From: a virus
Lineage: Duplodnaviria; Caudoviricetes
Virus record (IMG/VR): IMGVR_UViG_3300031460_000008
Span: 1-27,460 of that record
Direction: 5' to 3' (one strand)
Length of the DNA: 27,460 nucleotides
Below are positions 1-8,474 of this stretch, piece after piece. Position 1 is the stretch's first letter. The number at the start of each line of letters is the position of its first letter. The notes beneath the pieces were generated by a model that was given only the letters and a program-made list of their open reading frames with translations, ran no database searches and was not told where the DNA came from. A program made the position numbers and the translations under genes.

Positions 1-1
1 G

Positions 2-607
2 CGCCCGTGTCATGCTGGCGGTAGCCTTGGCGTTCTGATCTACAGCAATGAACGCAGCCCGGCGCTTCGATACGCCCGCGATGGCCTGGATCTCTTTCGT
101 GAGCCCGCCGATGTCGCGGCCAGTCTGGACGGATCGCATGACCGCCCCTTCCACGTCACCGAGGAATTTCTGCGGAATGCTGCGGATCAATCCCACCTGC
201 TGATTGAGCGTCGCCCGGATGACGTCGTTCTGTGCCCGCGTCATCTGGAAATCGACCGAGATCCCGGCGTCCTTGAGGATCTTCTTCAGCACGGCATCGG
301 AGCGCTGTGCCGTGGCCTTGGTGAACCATGCACCGAGCTTCTTCGCGGCTTCGTCGAACCTCTCGGTCCAGCGCCGCGTCAATTTGCGGATCGCGGCCCG
401 CATGGTTTCGGCTGGGCTGGCGTCCTGAGCGAGCTCGGGAGACCTGTTGCGATACGCTGCGCCTACCCAATGGGTGACGCTGGCATACAACTCGTCGATC
501 AGGTCCGTAAGGCGGCGTTTGTACTCGGCAGAGAGACCGGCATTCGCATGAACCGGCCTAAGCACCTTTCCCAAGGGTCGAGAGGATCGGCGAGACGAGG
601 TCTTCAA
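2..607 (-). CDS. Phage head morphogenesis protein (Mu gpF / SPP1 gp7-like), 3'-truncated by the window edge
   Basis: Not in the ORF track. Manual translation from TTG at 607 (GAGAGG upstream) is open to the edge: MKTSSRRSSRPLGKVLRPVHANAGLSAEYKRRLTDLIDEL...AQDASP...LIRSIPQKFLGDVEGAVMRSVQTGRD...RRAAFIAVDQNAKA. This is typical gpF sequence, located downstream of the portal. Start codon is inferred. Confidence 0.85.
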   Translation of the reverse strand, partial: MKTSSRRSSRPLGKVLRPVHANAGLSAEYKRRLTDLIDELYASVTHWVGAAYRNRSPELAQDASPAETMRAAIRKLTRRWTERFDEAAKKLGAWFTKATAQRSDAVLKKILKDAGISVDFQMTRAQNDVIRATLNQQVGLIRSIPQKFLGDVEGAVMRSVQTGRDIGGLTKEIQAIAGVSKRRAAFIAVDQNAKATASMTRA

Positions 608-779
608 GCTGGTTGACCTCTCGCAGGATGGACGCGAGCAGGAGCCGCGCCGTTTTGAAGTCGCAATCCCGGAGCGAAGCCTTCACCTGGTCGAACAGGC
701 ATTGCAGTGCGATCATCCGCGTGTCGGCCGTGTCGACAGGCTCGCCGCCGATAATGTCCGCAAGGGTGAAACCGACCAT
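558..779 (-). CDS. Small hypothetical protein (73 aa)
   Basis: Compact helical-looking ORF 3 bp downstream of the MucR-like gene; overlaps the gpF start. Confidence 0.5.
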   Translation of the reverse strand: MVGFTLADIIGGEPVDTADTRMIALQCLFDQVKASLRDCDFKTARLLLASILREVNQLEDLVSPILSTLGKGA

Positions 780-782
780 CCA

Positions 783-1241
783 TCAGACCTTCGGTATCGT
801 CTTCCCGCCGCCGCGCATATAGACGCCTCGGCGGACGTCGCTGGCTTCGATCCGTACTCCAAGCCTCGGTGATTGCCCCTTTGGCCGTGGGGTCGGTGAC
901 GGTAGGTAAACGCGGCCGATCATGCCTTGGTCACGCTCCAACGATGCGGCGCGGTATCGATCCACCGTCACGGGCGGCAGGAGAGAAGCCGTACGGGGCA
1001 AGCCGAACAGATCCTTGTAGGAGTGTGCATCAAGGCCGTGCATCCTGAGGTGCGTGTTTAGCGCACCGAACCAATCGCCGCACGAATGGCATTGGACGCG
1101 GGCGCCATCCTCGGAAAACGTCATGATGCCCCGAGACGGGAGCGAGAGATCGCGCTGCGGTTCCACCTTCGGGGACGGTCGGTGTTTTAGCTTCCACGAC
1201 CGCAGATAGGCCAGCCGGGTCTCACGGTCTTTGTGGGGCAT
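783..1241 (-). CDS. Ros/MucR-type zinc-finger domain protein lacking the canonical N-terminal oligomerisation domain
   Basis: VQCHSCGDWFGALNTHLRMHGLDAHSYKDLFGLP: C-x2-C-x9-H-x3-H followed by the Y-x3-FGLP element of the ROS_MUCR domain. Confidence 0.75.
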   Translation of the reverse strand: MPHKDRETRLAYLRSWKLKHRPSPKVEPQRDLSLPSRGIMTFSEDGARVQCHSCGDWFGALNTHLRMHGLDAHSYKDLFGLPRTASLLPPVTVDRYRAASLERDQGMIGRVYLPSPTPRPKGQSPRLGVRIEASDVRRGVYMRGGGKTIPKV

Positions 1242-1253
1242 AACGAGGCAACC

Positions 1254-3599
1254 CTATGTAGGATTGCCTTTTGGTTTCAGCGGCGACAATCCATCGTTGG
1301 GCTTATGCCACAAGTCAGCCACTTTGGCATTCTTGATGATCTTTTCGCCCCCGTCTTCGCCTTCATTGCTGCCCGTGCCATGCACAAGGGCAACCCGCGA
1401 TCCGTAATAATACCCGTTCGGCCCGTTTTTCCCGAAAGCGCCCAAGGTGTGCAAGGCTTCCGCCACGTCCGCCATGCTCGTTGAATTGAGTCCGACCGTG
1501 CTTGTCCCGGACAACTTCTTTTTCGTGATCGACCCATTCACCCAGTGGAAGCTGCGAGGGAGTTTGGATCCCATTTTGTAATCCCGATCGTCTTCGGATG
1601 GGATAACCCGAAGCCCCGCGTGCCCGGCTCCTAGCGCGTCCGCTTTCGCAGCAATCTCACGCACGGCTCGAACCTGATCCGGGTGAAGCCAATCGAACTT
1701 GGCCGGGAGTTCTGGGTCGTCGTTCTGCTCGACGGCCTTAGGCTGGGCATTCTCTTCCGGCATCGGGCCGATACTGAGATTGTAATGCCCTAGGTCGTCA
1801 AGGCCCGACTTGACCTTCTTAGCCAGATCCGGCCGCTGCTCGACGATTTCCTTTGCGACCCGCTGTAACTCCGTCTTGCCACCAAGGTCTTCGGCTCCCG
1901 CCAACTTGAAGTAGACATCCCCCGGTGCGAGGCTAGCATGAGCACTGGCAGTCGGATGAACCGAGCCCCCGGCGAACTGGCCGCCCTTATCCCGCGGATG
2001 TTTCGACTCCTCGAATTCGGCATCGGTCGCGAAGAACCGTCGCACATCCTCGGCGCCCGTCTGCCCCTTGGGTTGCAAGCCCTCGGCTTCCTCGGCACTG
2101 AGATCCGGCAGGTCTTCGACATCCAAGCCAGGATAGCGACTGTCCGGATCGGACGCCACGTTGCTGCGGACTTCGCCCTGCCATAGCACACCGGTGTCAA
2201 GGCGAATCTGGTCCGTCTCCGCCTCGAGCTTCTCGACTTCGGCGCGCTCGCGCTCGCTCATGGCCCACAGCGGCTCGAAACCAAAGCGGATGGATGGATC
2301 GATGTCGCCGCACTCGCTTAGCTGGATGATGTCGATCACGGTCTGCAGGGGATCGCGAAGGTGGTCCTCTTGCGCGGCGTGGATGGTGTCGTAGTAAACT
2401 CTAATTTCTCCATCGCTTGATGCATTGAGGCCGGCCGGCTGAAGCCCGGCGTATTTGACGAGCGGCTGAGACGCCACCATCGCCACTTGTTCGAATGCCT
2501 GGGCTTGCAGCTTATCTAGCGTGCCGAGATTGGCCGTGACGTTGACGAAGTCCTCGCTGTCTTTGTCAAGCGCCATGATGCCGCGGTTGTCGCGGGTTTG
2601 GTTGAACATCATCAGGCGGCCATCCAGGCCGTCACCGTTGTTGCCGAGGCCCGTATCGCCGAAGAGCGCGCTGCTACTTCCGCCCTGCAGTTTTACCTTC
2701 ATATCAGTCTTCAGCACCCACACCGTGAATGCGTGGACGATATCGGAAACGCTCTGCCGGGTCCTTATCCAGTTGTCGACATAGGGTTGCGCCATCTGCG
2801 TCAGTGACAGCCCGCCGAAGCTGTAGGCAGACTTCAGGATGTCCGGCACCTCGCGCGCCACGATGGTGAGCAACCGGCTGGCATGGACCGAGCCGCCCAT
2901 CACGTACCACGACTGCGGCTCGTACCAGTCGGGTGCGAGCGGATCGCTGGTGTTGTAGCTCTGCGGATAGACCCAAAGGGGGTCGACAGACCGAATGCCC
3001 TTCAGGGAACCGCGCTTGACCTTCTGCAGTGTAGCTGCGTCGCTGCCGTTACCGATCGGCTTCGCCCTTTCGTCGCCCTGGGCGCCGAGGTCGATGTATA
3101 GATGGCCACGGCCCATTAGTCCGTCATAGCGGACCGCATCACGGAAAGCATCTCGGACCTTGAACTTGACGAGCCCGGCCTCGATGGCCTGAATGCGGTC
3201 GGTCTTGTCGGCGTCCTGATCGATGGATGTGATCTTGATCCACCGCCGCGTCATCTCGGTGGCGGGGACGTCGGCGATCTTGCGGTATTCGGGTCGCTGC
3301 GCATACAGCGCCAGCACCGTCATCGAGATGGCAGCGCCAAAGCCACCGAGCGAAGCCCCATAGGTCTGCCCAGCCCATCCGCCCGCGCCCGAGAGCGCGT
3401 CGTCCATTGCGAGGACGGCGCCTTCCGGTACGACCCCCGGCGGCGGCACGGCGGACTTGAAGATGTCCTCGGCCGGCGGCGTACGGTTCTTGCGAGCCAG
3501 AAGCGCCACAGCTTCGTCCGACATGAACGGACGGAGCGGGGACGGTTGCTGAACGAGTTGCGGCGCGGCGACATGCGCCTTGCGCCGCTTCTTGCTCAA
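1254..3599 (-). CDS. Portal protein (DUF1073-like) with a ~255-aa C-terminal extension
   Basis: Lies directly after TerL (4-bp overlap). Portal-type motifs include QRPEYRKIAD..ATEMTRRWI, VHASRLL, AYSFGGLSL, GLQPAGLNASSDGEIRVYYD and F.FEPLWAMSE. The extension starts near ATDAEFEESKHPRDKGGQF. Confidence 0.85.
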   Translation of the reverse strand: MSKKRRKAHVAAPQLVQQPSPLRPFMSDEAVALLARKNRTPPAEDIFKSAVPPPGVVPEGAVLAMDDALSGAGGWAGQTYGASLGGFGAAISMTVLALYAQRPEYRKIADVPATEMTRRWIKITSIDQDADKTDRIQAIEAGLVKFKVRDAFRDAVRYDGLMGRGHLYIDLGAQGDERAKPIGNGSDAATLQKVKRGSLKGIRSVDPLWVYPQSYNTSDPLAPDWYEPQSWYVMGGSVHASRLLTIVAREVPDILKSAYSFGGLSLTQMAQPYVDNWIRTRQSVSDIVHAFTVWVLKTDMKVKLQGGSSSALFGDTGLGNNGDGLDGRLMMFNQTRDNRGIMALDKDSEDFVNVTANLGTLDKLQAQAFEQVAMVASQPLVKYAGLQPAGLNASSDGEIRVYYDTIHAAQEDHLRDPLQTVIDIIQLSECGDIDPSIRFGFEPLWAMSERERAEVEKLEAETDQIRLDTGVLWQGEVRSNVASDPDSRYPGLDVEDLPDLSAEEAEGLQPKGQTGAEDVRRFFATDAEFEESKHPRDKGGQFAGGSVHPTASAHASLAPGDVYFKLAGAEDLGGKTELQRVAKEIVEQRPDLAKKVKSGLDDLGHYNLSIGPMPEENAQPKAVEQNDDPELPAKFDWLHPDQVRAVREIAAKADALGAGHAGLRVIPSEDDRDYKMGSKLPRSFHWVNGSITKKKLSGTSTVGLNSTSMADVAEALHTLGAFGKNGPNGYYYGSRVALVHGTGSNEGEDGGEKIIKNAKVADLWHKPNDGLSPLKPKGNPT

Positions 3600-5221
3600 T
3601 AGGAGCGCCTCGGTTGGGAGAACCGCGCCAGCATGGCGGGGGTAATGGTAAGGGGCTCATCGCGCGGTGCGAACCGGATCATCACGGCGTCCGCGAGGTT
3701 GGGGGATCTTGTCCCGTCCGGCGTCTTGTCGATCACGATCTTGCCAACGCCGTTGACGCTATAGGTCGGTTGCGACAGCTCGGAACAGAGACGAGATCGA
3801 TGTGACAGCGCGGACGGAATCGAAATGACGTCGTCGTGCGAAACGTCCGCCCCTTCCGTCACGGCCCGGAAGGTGTTCTGAAACCGGGTCCGCAGCGACC
3901 ACCAGCTCTGCGCCTTGAGGTTGGCGAAGAAGTCCTGGTTCTTGCGGCCCTTGACGTCCTCGCGCTCGGGATGAAGCACGCCGGCCGAGCCGCGGAACGC
4001 CTCAACGCCGATCAAAGCCTCACTTCGGGCCTGTCGGGTCTCGTTGATGACCCTCGCATCGCCGCGGACGCCAGCCCCAAGGCCATCGGCATCGTAGCGG
4101 AAGCCGACATAGCTGTTGGCAGCCGCAAGACCAAAGGCCCGTTGCACCGTGCCGAAGATGTCGTCGCCCTTGCCCGACCACTCGTCCAAAGTTTCGATGA
4201 GGATCCCATGGGCACCGCAAAAAGCGTTGGTGTCCTTGCCTTCATCGGCGACATCGAGAGCGCCGACCCGCATGCCGCTAGGTGTGATACCGAGTTTGAC
4301 GTGTGCGTCGATTGATGCCTGGACCCACGCGCTCGGAATAACGACACCCTCGACCGAGGCCGAAAAGTCGATATCGAGTTCCTGAGCGATGGTGACGGGG
4401 TCGAGGATTTCGACCTGCCTGTCATACCAAGCCTGATCCTTGCGGGGGTCGTCCCGCCAATGGAAGCGGAACACCCGATCGGCAGGCCATTCCGTCACTT
4501 TGCGGTGGAAGGGTCCGCCCAATCCATTGGCGGTGCTGACGTCCATCCTGCAGTTGGTGGTCTGCGATAGAGCCTGTTCGATCAATTCGGGGTGGTCGAG
4601 AAAGGCGGCCTCATCGACAAAGAAGACCGATGTCCTGTCACCGCGACCGATGTTGTCGCCGGCCTCCCCGGTCATGATGCTGTCGGTTCGCTTGAACAGG
4701 ATGCGCATGTGAGGCGCATCGTTCTTCGGATCGAAGCCGTTGCGGAACTCGGGCGGCAGAAGCTCTATGAACTTCCTGGCCTTCCAGAACAGCGACTTTG
4801 GCGCCCCGATCTTGTCGACGTATTCCTCTTTTCGCGACCCGAAGCCGATCGCCATACCTTCGTTGAACAGGCACAGCGTGCACGATAGAGCGACCGCTAC
4901 CCACGATACACCGGACTCCCGGCTCTTCGGGGTCACGCCTGGCCGTTGATTCCGCCAACTATCAACAACCCAATCGCACCACTCGAACTGGCGAGGGAAC
5001 AGGATGAAGGGAACGACTGCAGGACGTCCGACCTCGACATTGCGGGGATCGGCTGTGCAGCCCCAGTCCGTGATGAACTGCGCTGGATTGGCGCGATAGA
5101 ACGTCCGTAGTGCCGGCAGTACCGAAGGGTCGCGGCGGATGCGGTTCAGCCGCTCGACACGGCGTTTGAAAACGGCCGAATAATCCGGGTTGCGAAAGTC
5201 GAAGCCGTCCGCGTCACTCAC
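3596..5221 (-). CDS. terL: Terminase large subunit
   Basis: Walker A-like PKSRESGVSW, Walker B FFVDEAAF, motif III VSTANG, and RNase H-like nuclease motifs GALDVADEGKD and SPNLADAV. Confidence 0.92.
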   Translation of the reverse strand: MSDADGFDFRNPDYSAVFKRRVERLNRIRRDPSVLPALRTFYRANPAQFITDWGCTADPRNVEVGRPAVVPFILFPRQFEWCDWVVDSWRNQRPGVTPKSRESGVSWVAVALSCTLCLFNEGMAIGFGSRKEEYVDKIGAPKSLFWKARKFIELLPPEFRNGFDPKNDAPHMRILFKRTDSIMTGEAGDNIGRGDRTSVFFVDEAAFLDHPELIEQALSQTTNCRMDVSTANGLGGPFHRKVTEWPADRVFRFHWRDDPRKDQAWYDRQVEILDPVTIAQELDIDFSASVEGVVIPSAWVQASIDAHVKLGITPSGMRVGALDVADEGKDTNAFCGAHGILIETLDEWSGKGDDIFGTVQRAFGLAAANSYVGFRYDADGLGAGVRGDARVINETRQARSEALIGVEAFRGSAGVLHPEREDVKGRKNQDFFANLKAQSWWSLRTRFQNTFRAVTEGADVSHDDVISIPSALSHRSRLCSELSQPTYSVNGVGKIVIDKTPDGTRSPNLADAVMIRFAPRDEPLTITPAMLARFSQPRRSY

Positions 5222-5543
5222 CGGACATCAGGCGCTGGTACTGTCTTGCGGCTTCAAGGGGATCGTCGGTGATGATGGCTACGGCTTCGATAGGGCCGCC
5301 ATCCCGGCCGGTCACCTCAATACTCGCGAGCTTCGCGGCGAAATAGTTGGCAGCATCGGTGGCCGCCTTCATGCGCTCGGTAAAGGTTGGCCTATAGCCG
5401 TCGAACACCTCGCCGCGAGACACGGCGAGCAGGAAGTCGTGAGGCATCAGACCCGAGGCTTCCGCCTTGGCGACACGCTCTTGGGTCCTGGTGTTGGGGA
5501 CGCCCTTCTTACGACCGGCGCCGGGACGAGCGCCACCGGGCAT
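5214..5543 (-). CDS. Putative terminase small subunit
   Basis: N-terminal GGARPGAGRKKG motif and C-terminal EVTGRDGGPI motif; overlaps the terL start. Confidence 0.7.
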   Translation of the reverse strand: MPGGARPGAGRKKGVPNTRTQERVAKAEASGLMPHDFLLAVSRGEVFDGYRPTFTERMKAATDAANYFAAKLASIEVTGRDGGPIEAVAIITDDPLEAARQYQRLMSGE

Positions 5544-5705
5544 TTGAAATCCTTGAAAGGTGTTGAATGTTTTTCAGGGGTGCCCATCGGGCCGTGCGAT
5601 GCGCCGGGAAGGTTTAACCGTCTGAGCGACGCTTTGGGCACCGCTTCGCGCGGTAGGACGGTGGCAATTCTGCAACACCGCGCTTTTCCGTTCATGCTCC
5701 ATACC

Positions 5706-6434
5706 TTAGTCGCCAGCACAATGCAAGAGGGCACCGCGCTTCCCGAAACGGTCGAGAAACAGCTTGAGCCTACTCCGGGGATCAGCATCGAGAATGATGT
5801 TCATCGCCTCGCCGAACCCTTGCGTCGCAAAGACGCGGCGCTTCGGCCGATCCTTCATGGCCTTCGACCATATGAAATCCACCCACCGCCGCTGATTGGC
5901 GAACATGAGATCTCCCACGAGGGTGTCACGTACCTCCGCTATGCCCCCGGCCATCTTGACGTAGCCGGCCACGCCGTCACAAAGGCGCGGCGTCCGGAAG
6001 TCGATATCACCGCGTGCGTCCGGATCAAGCCCGACGAACACGTAGCGAGGGAAGAGCGGTCGTAGCCGCACGATCTCCTTGCGGTGAGACACGACCCAAT
6101 CCGCGATCTCAGGCGCACACGCCTGAGATCCAGCCTTGGCTATAGCCTTGACCGCGACCGCCTCGGCGGCGGGCTTGGTCTGAAGGATGAACCATCGACG
6201 ACCGAACGTGACCCGCACGACTTCCGCATAAGCCGCCGACCCGATATCGCGGGGTTCGATGAGGCTGTGTTTGCGAAACGCCGCGCTGATGTCCTCGGGC
6301 CGACTGTCCCGGTCGATCGCGGATCGCGCCCCCTCCTGCCTGGCCCTGTCGATACGGGACTGCTGTTCGCCGTCAGGGATATCGTCGTGGGGACGGCGAG
6401 GGGTGCCGTCTTCGTCTACGGTTGAACTCGACAT
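5706..6434 (-). CDS. NusG-family (NGN domain) antiterminator / late gene regulator
   Basis: WFILQTKPAAEAVAVKAI...RPLFPRYVFV is an NGN signature with a degenerate KOW-like tail. It sits in the lambda Q-like position just before the packaging genes. Start uncertain. Confidence 0.75.
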   Translation of the reverse strand: MSSSTVDEDGTPRRPHDDIPDGEQQSRIDRARQEGARSAIDRDSRPEDISAAFRKHSLIEPRDIGSAAYAEVVRVTFGRRWFILQTKPAAEAVAVKAIAKAGSQACAPEIADWVVSHRKEIVRLRPLFPRYVFVGLDPDARGDIDFRTPRLCDGVAGYVKMAGGIAEVRDTLVGDLMFANQRRWVDFIWSKAMKDRPKRRVFATQGFGEAMNIILDADPRSRLKLFLDRFGKRGALLHCAGD

Positions 6435-6530
6435 TCGATTCCTCTATGTCTCGCGCTCGGAATGGCCCGGCTAGAGCTTTCCTTTGCGAGACGCCCGTCC
6501 GGTGAGAGCCGGGCGGGTTTTCTATGTAGT

Positions 6531-6968
6531 TTATCCCGTCATTAGCCGCACGAGTCGCGCTCTGGGCAGACCGGATTTCTGGCCGACGCGTTCCAGGTCG
6601 TAGCCGATGTGCGTCCTGTAATCGTTCTTCGGATCGGCAAGCCGCTTCCGATAGGCATCGTCCCCCTCCACCCACGGTTCCGAGCTCACCAGCGGCATGG
6701 GCGGCGCGTCGCGCACGACCGCCAGCGCAGCGTCATAGATCATCCCAACCGCACTGACTGTAACGTGATCGTGTTTGTCCAAGTAGGCGAGCCTGGTGCG
6801 GACGCTTTCCCAGCCCCGTACAGGCCCATCGCCGTCCCCGGCCGGCACATGGGCCGCCGTATCGGCTGAATTGCCGTCCACGGGCTTCCCAGGCCCGGCA
6901 TTCGGCCTTGTGAGGTCGGCCAGCATGGCACGGCCATAGGCGGCATGGGATTCGGTGAGGTCACGCAT
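6531..6968 (-). CDS. Hypothetical phage protein
   Basis: Likely start MRDLTESH at 6968, overlapping the upstream stop; part of the track ORF 6531..7046. Confidence 0.5.
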   Translation of the reverse strand: MRDLTESHAAYGRAMLADLTRPNAGPGKPVDGNSADTAAHVPAGDGDGPVRGWESVRTRLAYLDKHDHVTVSAVGMIYDAALAVVRDAPPMPLVSSEPWVEGDDAYRKRLADPKNDYRTHIGYDLERVGQKSGLPRARLVRLMTG

Positions 6969-7533
6969 GGGGGTTCCTTTGATCGGGTAAGAGGCCGCTA
7001 TCGCCCTTGGCCGGCTCGTCCAGATAGAAATCCAGAGCTTCGGCACCAGGGAATTGCCGCTTGATCACGTCGATGACTTTGAAACTTTCGAGCCCAGCCA
7101 GGATCGCGGCAACCTCGTCAGGCGTCACGAAACAGACCTTCTGGCCATGAAGCTCGACGACCCGGTCAGCTGCAGCCCTCTGGTTCGCTATGGCAACTCG
7201 AAAGCCGGTTCGGGGGCACCAACCCTCAAGGTAGGCATCGTCTGGCGCACCTGCCGCTTCCATGGCCCGCACCACGGCCGCATAGCCTCGGCACGTCGCA
7301 GCGCCATGCTTTTCGACGTCAGATTCCGAGCCAGACAGCGTCGCCTCGTTGAAATCGTCAAGCTGCAGCCGAAGCCGTCGCGCCAGTCCCGCATCGACGC
7401 GCTTCAGGGCACCCAAGGTCCAACGCCGCTCAAACGCAGTAGCGGCTTTCGCGGTTTCAGCGATCCAGTCCCGGACCGACGCCGCCTCTACCGCCGCGCT
7501 CACGAGCTTGATCCAAGATGCATCTTGACCCAT
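6961..7533 (-). CDS. Hypothetical phage protein (190 aa)
   Basis: Long ORF co-oriented with and overlapping its neighbours in the replication operon. Confidence 0.65.
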   Translation of the reverse strand: MGQDASWIKLVSAAVEAASVRDWIAETAKAATAFERRWTLGALKRVDAGLARRLRLQLDDFNEATLSGSESDVEKHGAATCRGYAAVVRAMEAAGAPDDAYLEGWCPRTGFRVAIANQRAAADRVVELHGQKVCFVTPDEVAAILAGLESFKVIDVIKRQFPGAEALDFYLDEPAKGDSGLLPDQRNPHA

Positions 7534-8393
7534 TTAGCATCGCTTTTAGCTTTTTCCTCCCTGGAGGAGTGCACCAATCCAGAAACAATAGCCAACCCCC
7601 GTCGCAAAGCAGCAACACCTTCAAGTGCCAGGCCATAATCTCGCCCTCTCTTGAGTCTTTTTCCGGTCTGGCTACATTGATCCTGAAGTCTAACCAATGT
7701 AACACGATCTATACACTGCACCTCTTCGGAAGAATGATCTCGAACAAAAATATCTGCAGCCTCCTCGATTTCTAATCGTACATTGTCCAAACGATCATCT
7801 TCAATGATATGCAGCGAAGATTCTCTAATGAGACCGATACCCGAAAGCATGAATGTCTTTACGACTTGCTCCCATGTTGCTCCAACACCATCGTATTTGC
7901 CTACAATGACCAAACGGGTACCACGCTGAGCAATAACCTGACGCAACACTGCTGGATAATCATCTGATATTCTCGGTTTAAGTTCAACGCCGAACTCACA
8001 GCGACCATCATTTCTGTAAATAATCAAGCCTTCGATCATAGATGACGTGAAACTGATTAGTACATCGACCCCCTTTGCCTCAAAACGAACCTGTCTATTA
8101 GTGACCCTGAAGCGCCATTCGCTTTCAATCAGGTCAATGTAGGCACCGATGACCTTGACCAAATAGGCGTCATTCAAAAACTCCACCTGCATCGCATTGT
8201 GCTCAGGCGTTTCGTTCGGCTCCTGAAAATTATTGATCACGATCGTGTGCAGGGTAGAGAACTTTTCCCGGAACCAAGCCTGACCCATGAGCCAGTCCAG
8301 ATAGGCCCGGTCTCCCGCAAGAGCAGCAACCGGTTGACCTCGGTATTTTCCGAACGGGACAATCTCGTTGTCGACGCCGCTATGACGGTCCAT
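7500..8393 (-). CDS. Low-GC protein: N-terminal PFGKY (DUF3820-like) domain plus PD-(D/E)xK-like nuclease domain
   Basis: IVPFGKYRGQPV..L..DRAYLDWL at the N-terminus, then FEAKGVDVLI...GVELKP. Two sampled 60-nt lines are 40-42% GC. Confidence 0.6.
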   Translation of the reverse strand: MDRHSGVDNEIVPFGKYRGQPVAALAGDRAYLDWLMGQAWFREKFSTLHTIVINNFQEPNETPEHNAMQVEFLNDAYLVKVIGAYIDLIESEWRFRVTNRQVRFEAKGVDVLISFTSSMIEGLIIYRNDGRCEFGVELKPRISDDYPAVLRQVIAQRGTRLVIVGKYDGVGATWEQVVKTFMLSGIGLIRESSLHIIEDDRLDNVRLEIEEAADIFVRDHSSEEVQCIDRVTLVRLQDQCSQTGKRLKRGRDYGLALEGVAALRRGLAIVSGLVHSSREEKAKSDAKWVKMHLGSSS

Positions 8394-8474
8394 GTCGTTT
8401 TCCCTTACTTGCTCATAACACGATGACTTTGACCTAAAGCCCCTTGTTTGGTTGATGTTTTCCCATAAGCAGAA

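Noticed and set aside
1254-3599. Portal tail as an Acb1-like 2H phosphoesterase
   Set aside because: No pair of HxT/S motifs in a 2H context was seen; the tail fits an R-S-E ART pattern better.
5190-6065. Long + strand ORFs (291 aa here; also 11038..12054 and 15602..16282)
   Set aside because: They are antisense shadows of well-supported minus-strand genes in high-GC DNA and have no recognisable motifs.
6492-6522. CGCCCG...CGGGCG hairpin followed by GTTTT as a terminator
   Set aside because: The stem is short with a long loop, and the U-tract is on the non-coding strand; too weak to call.
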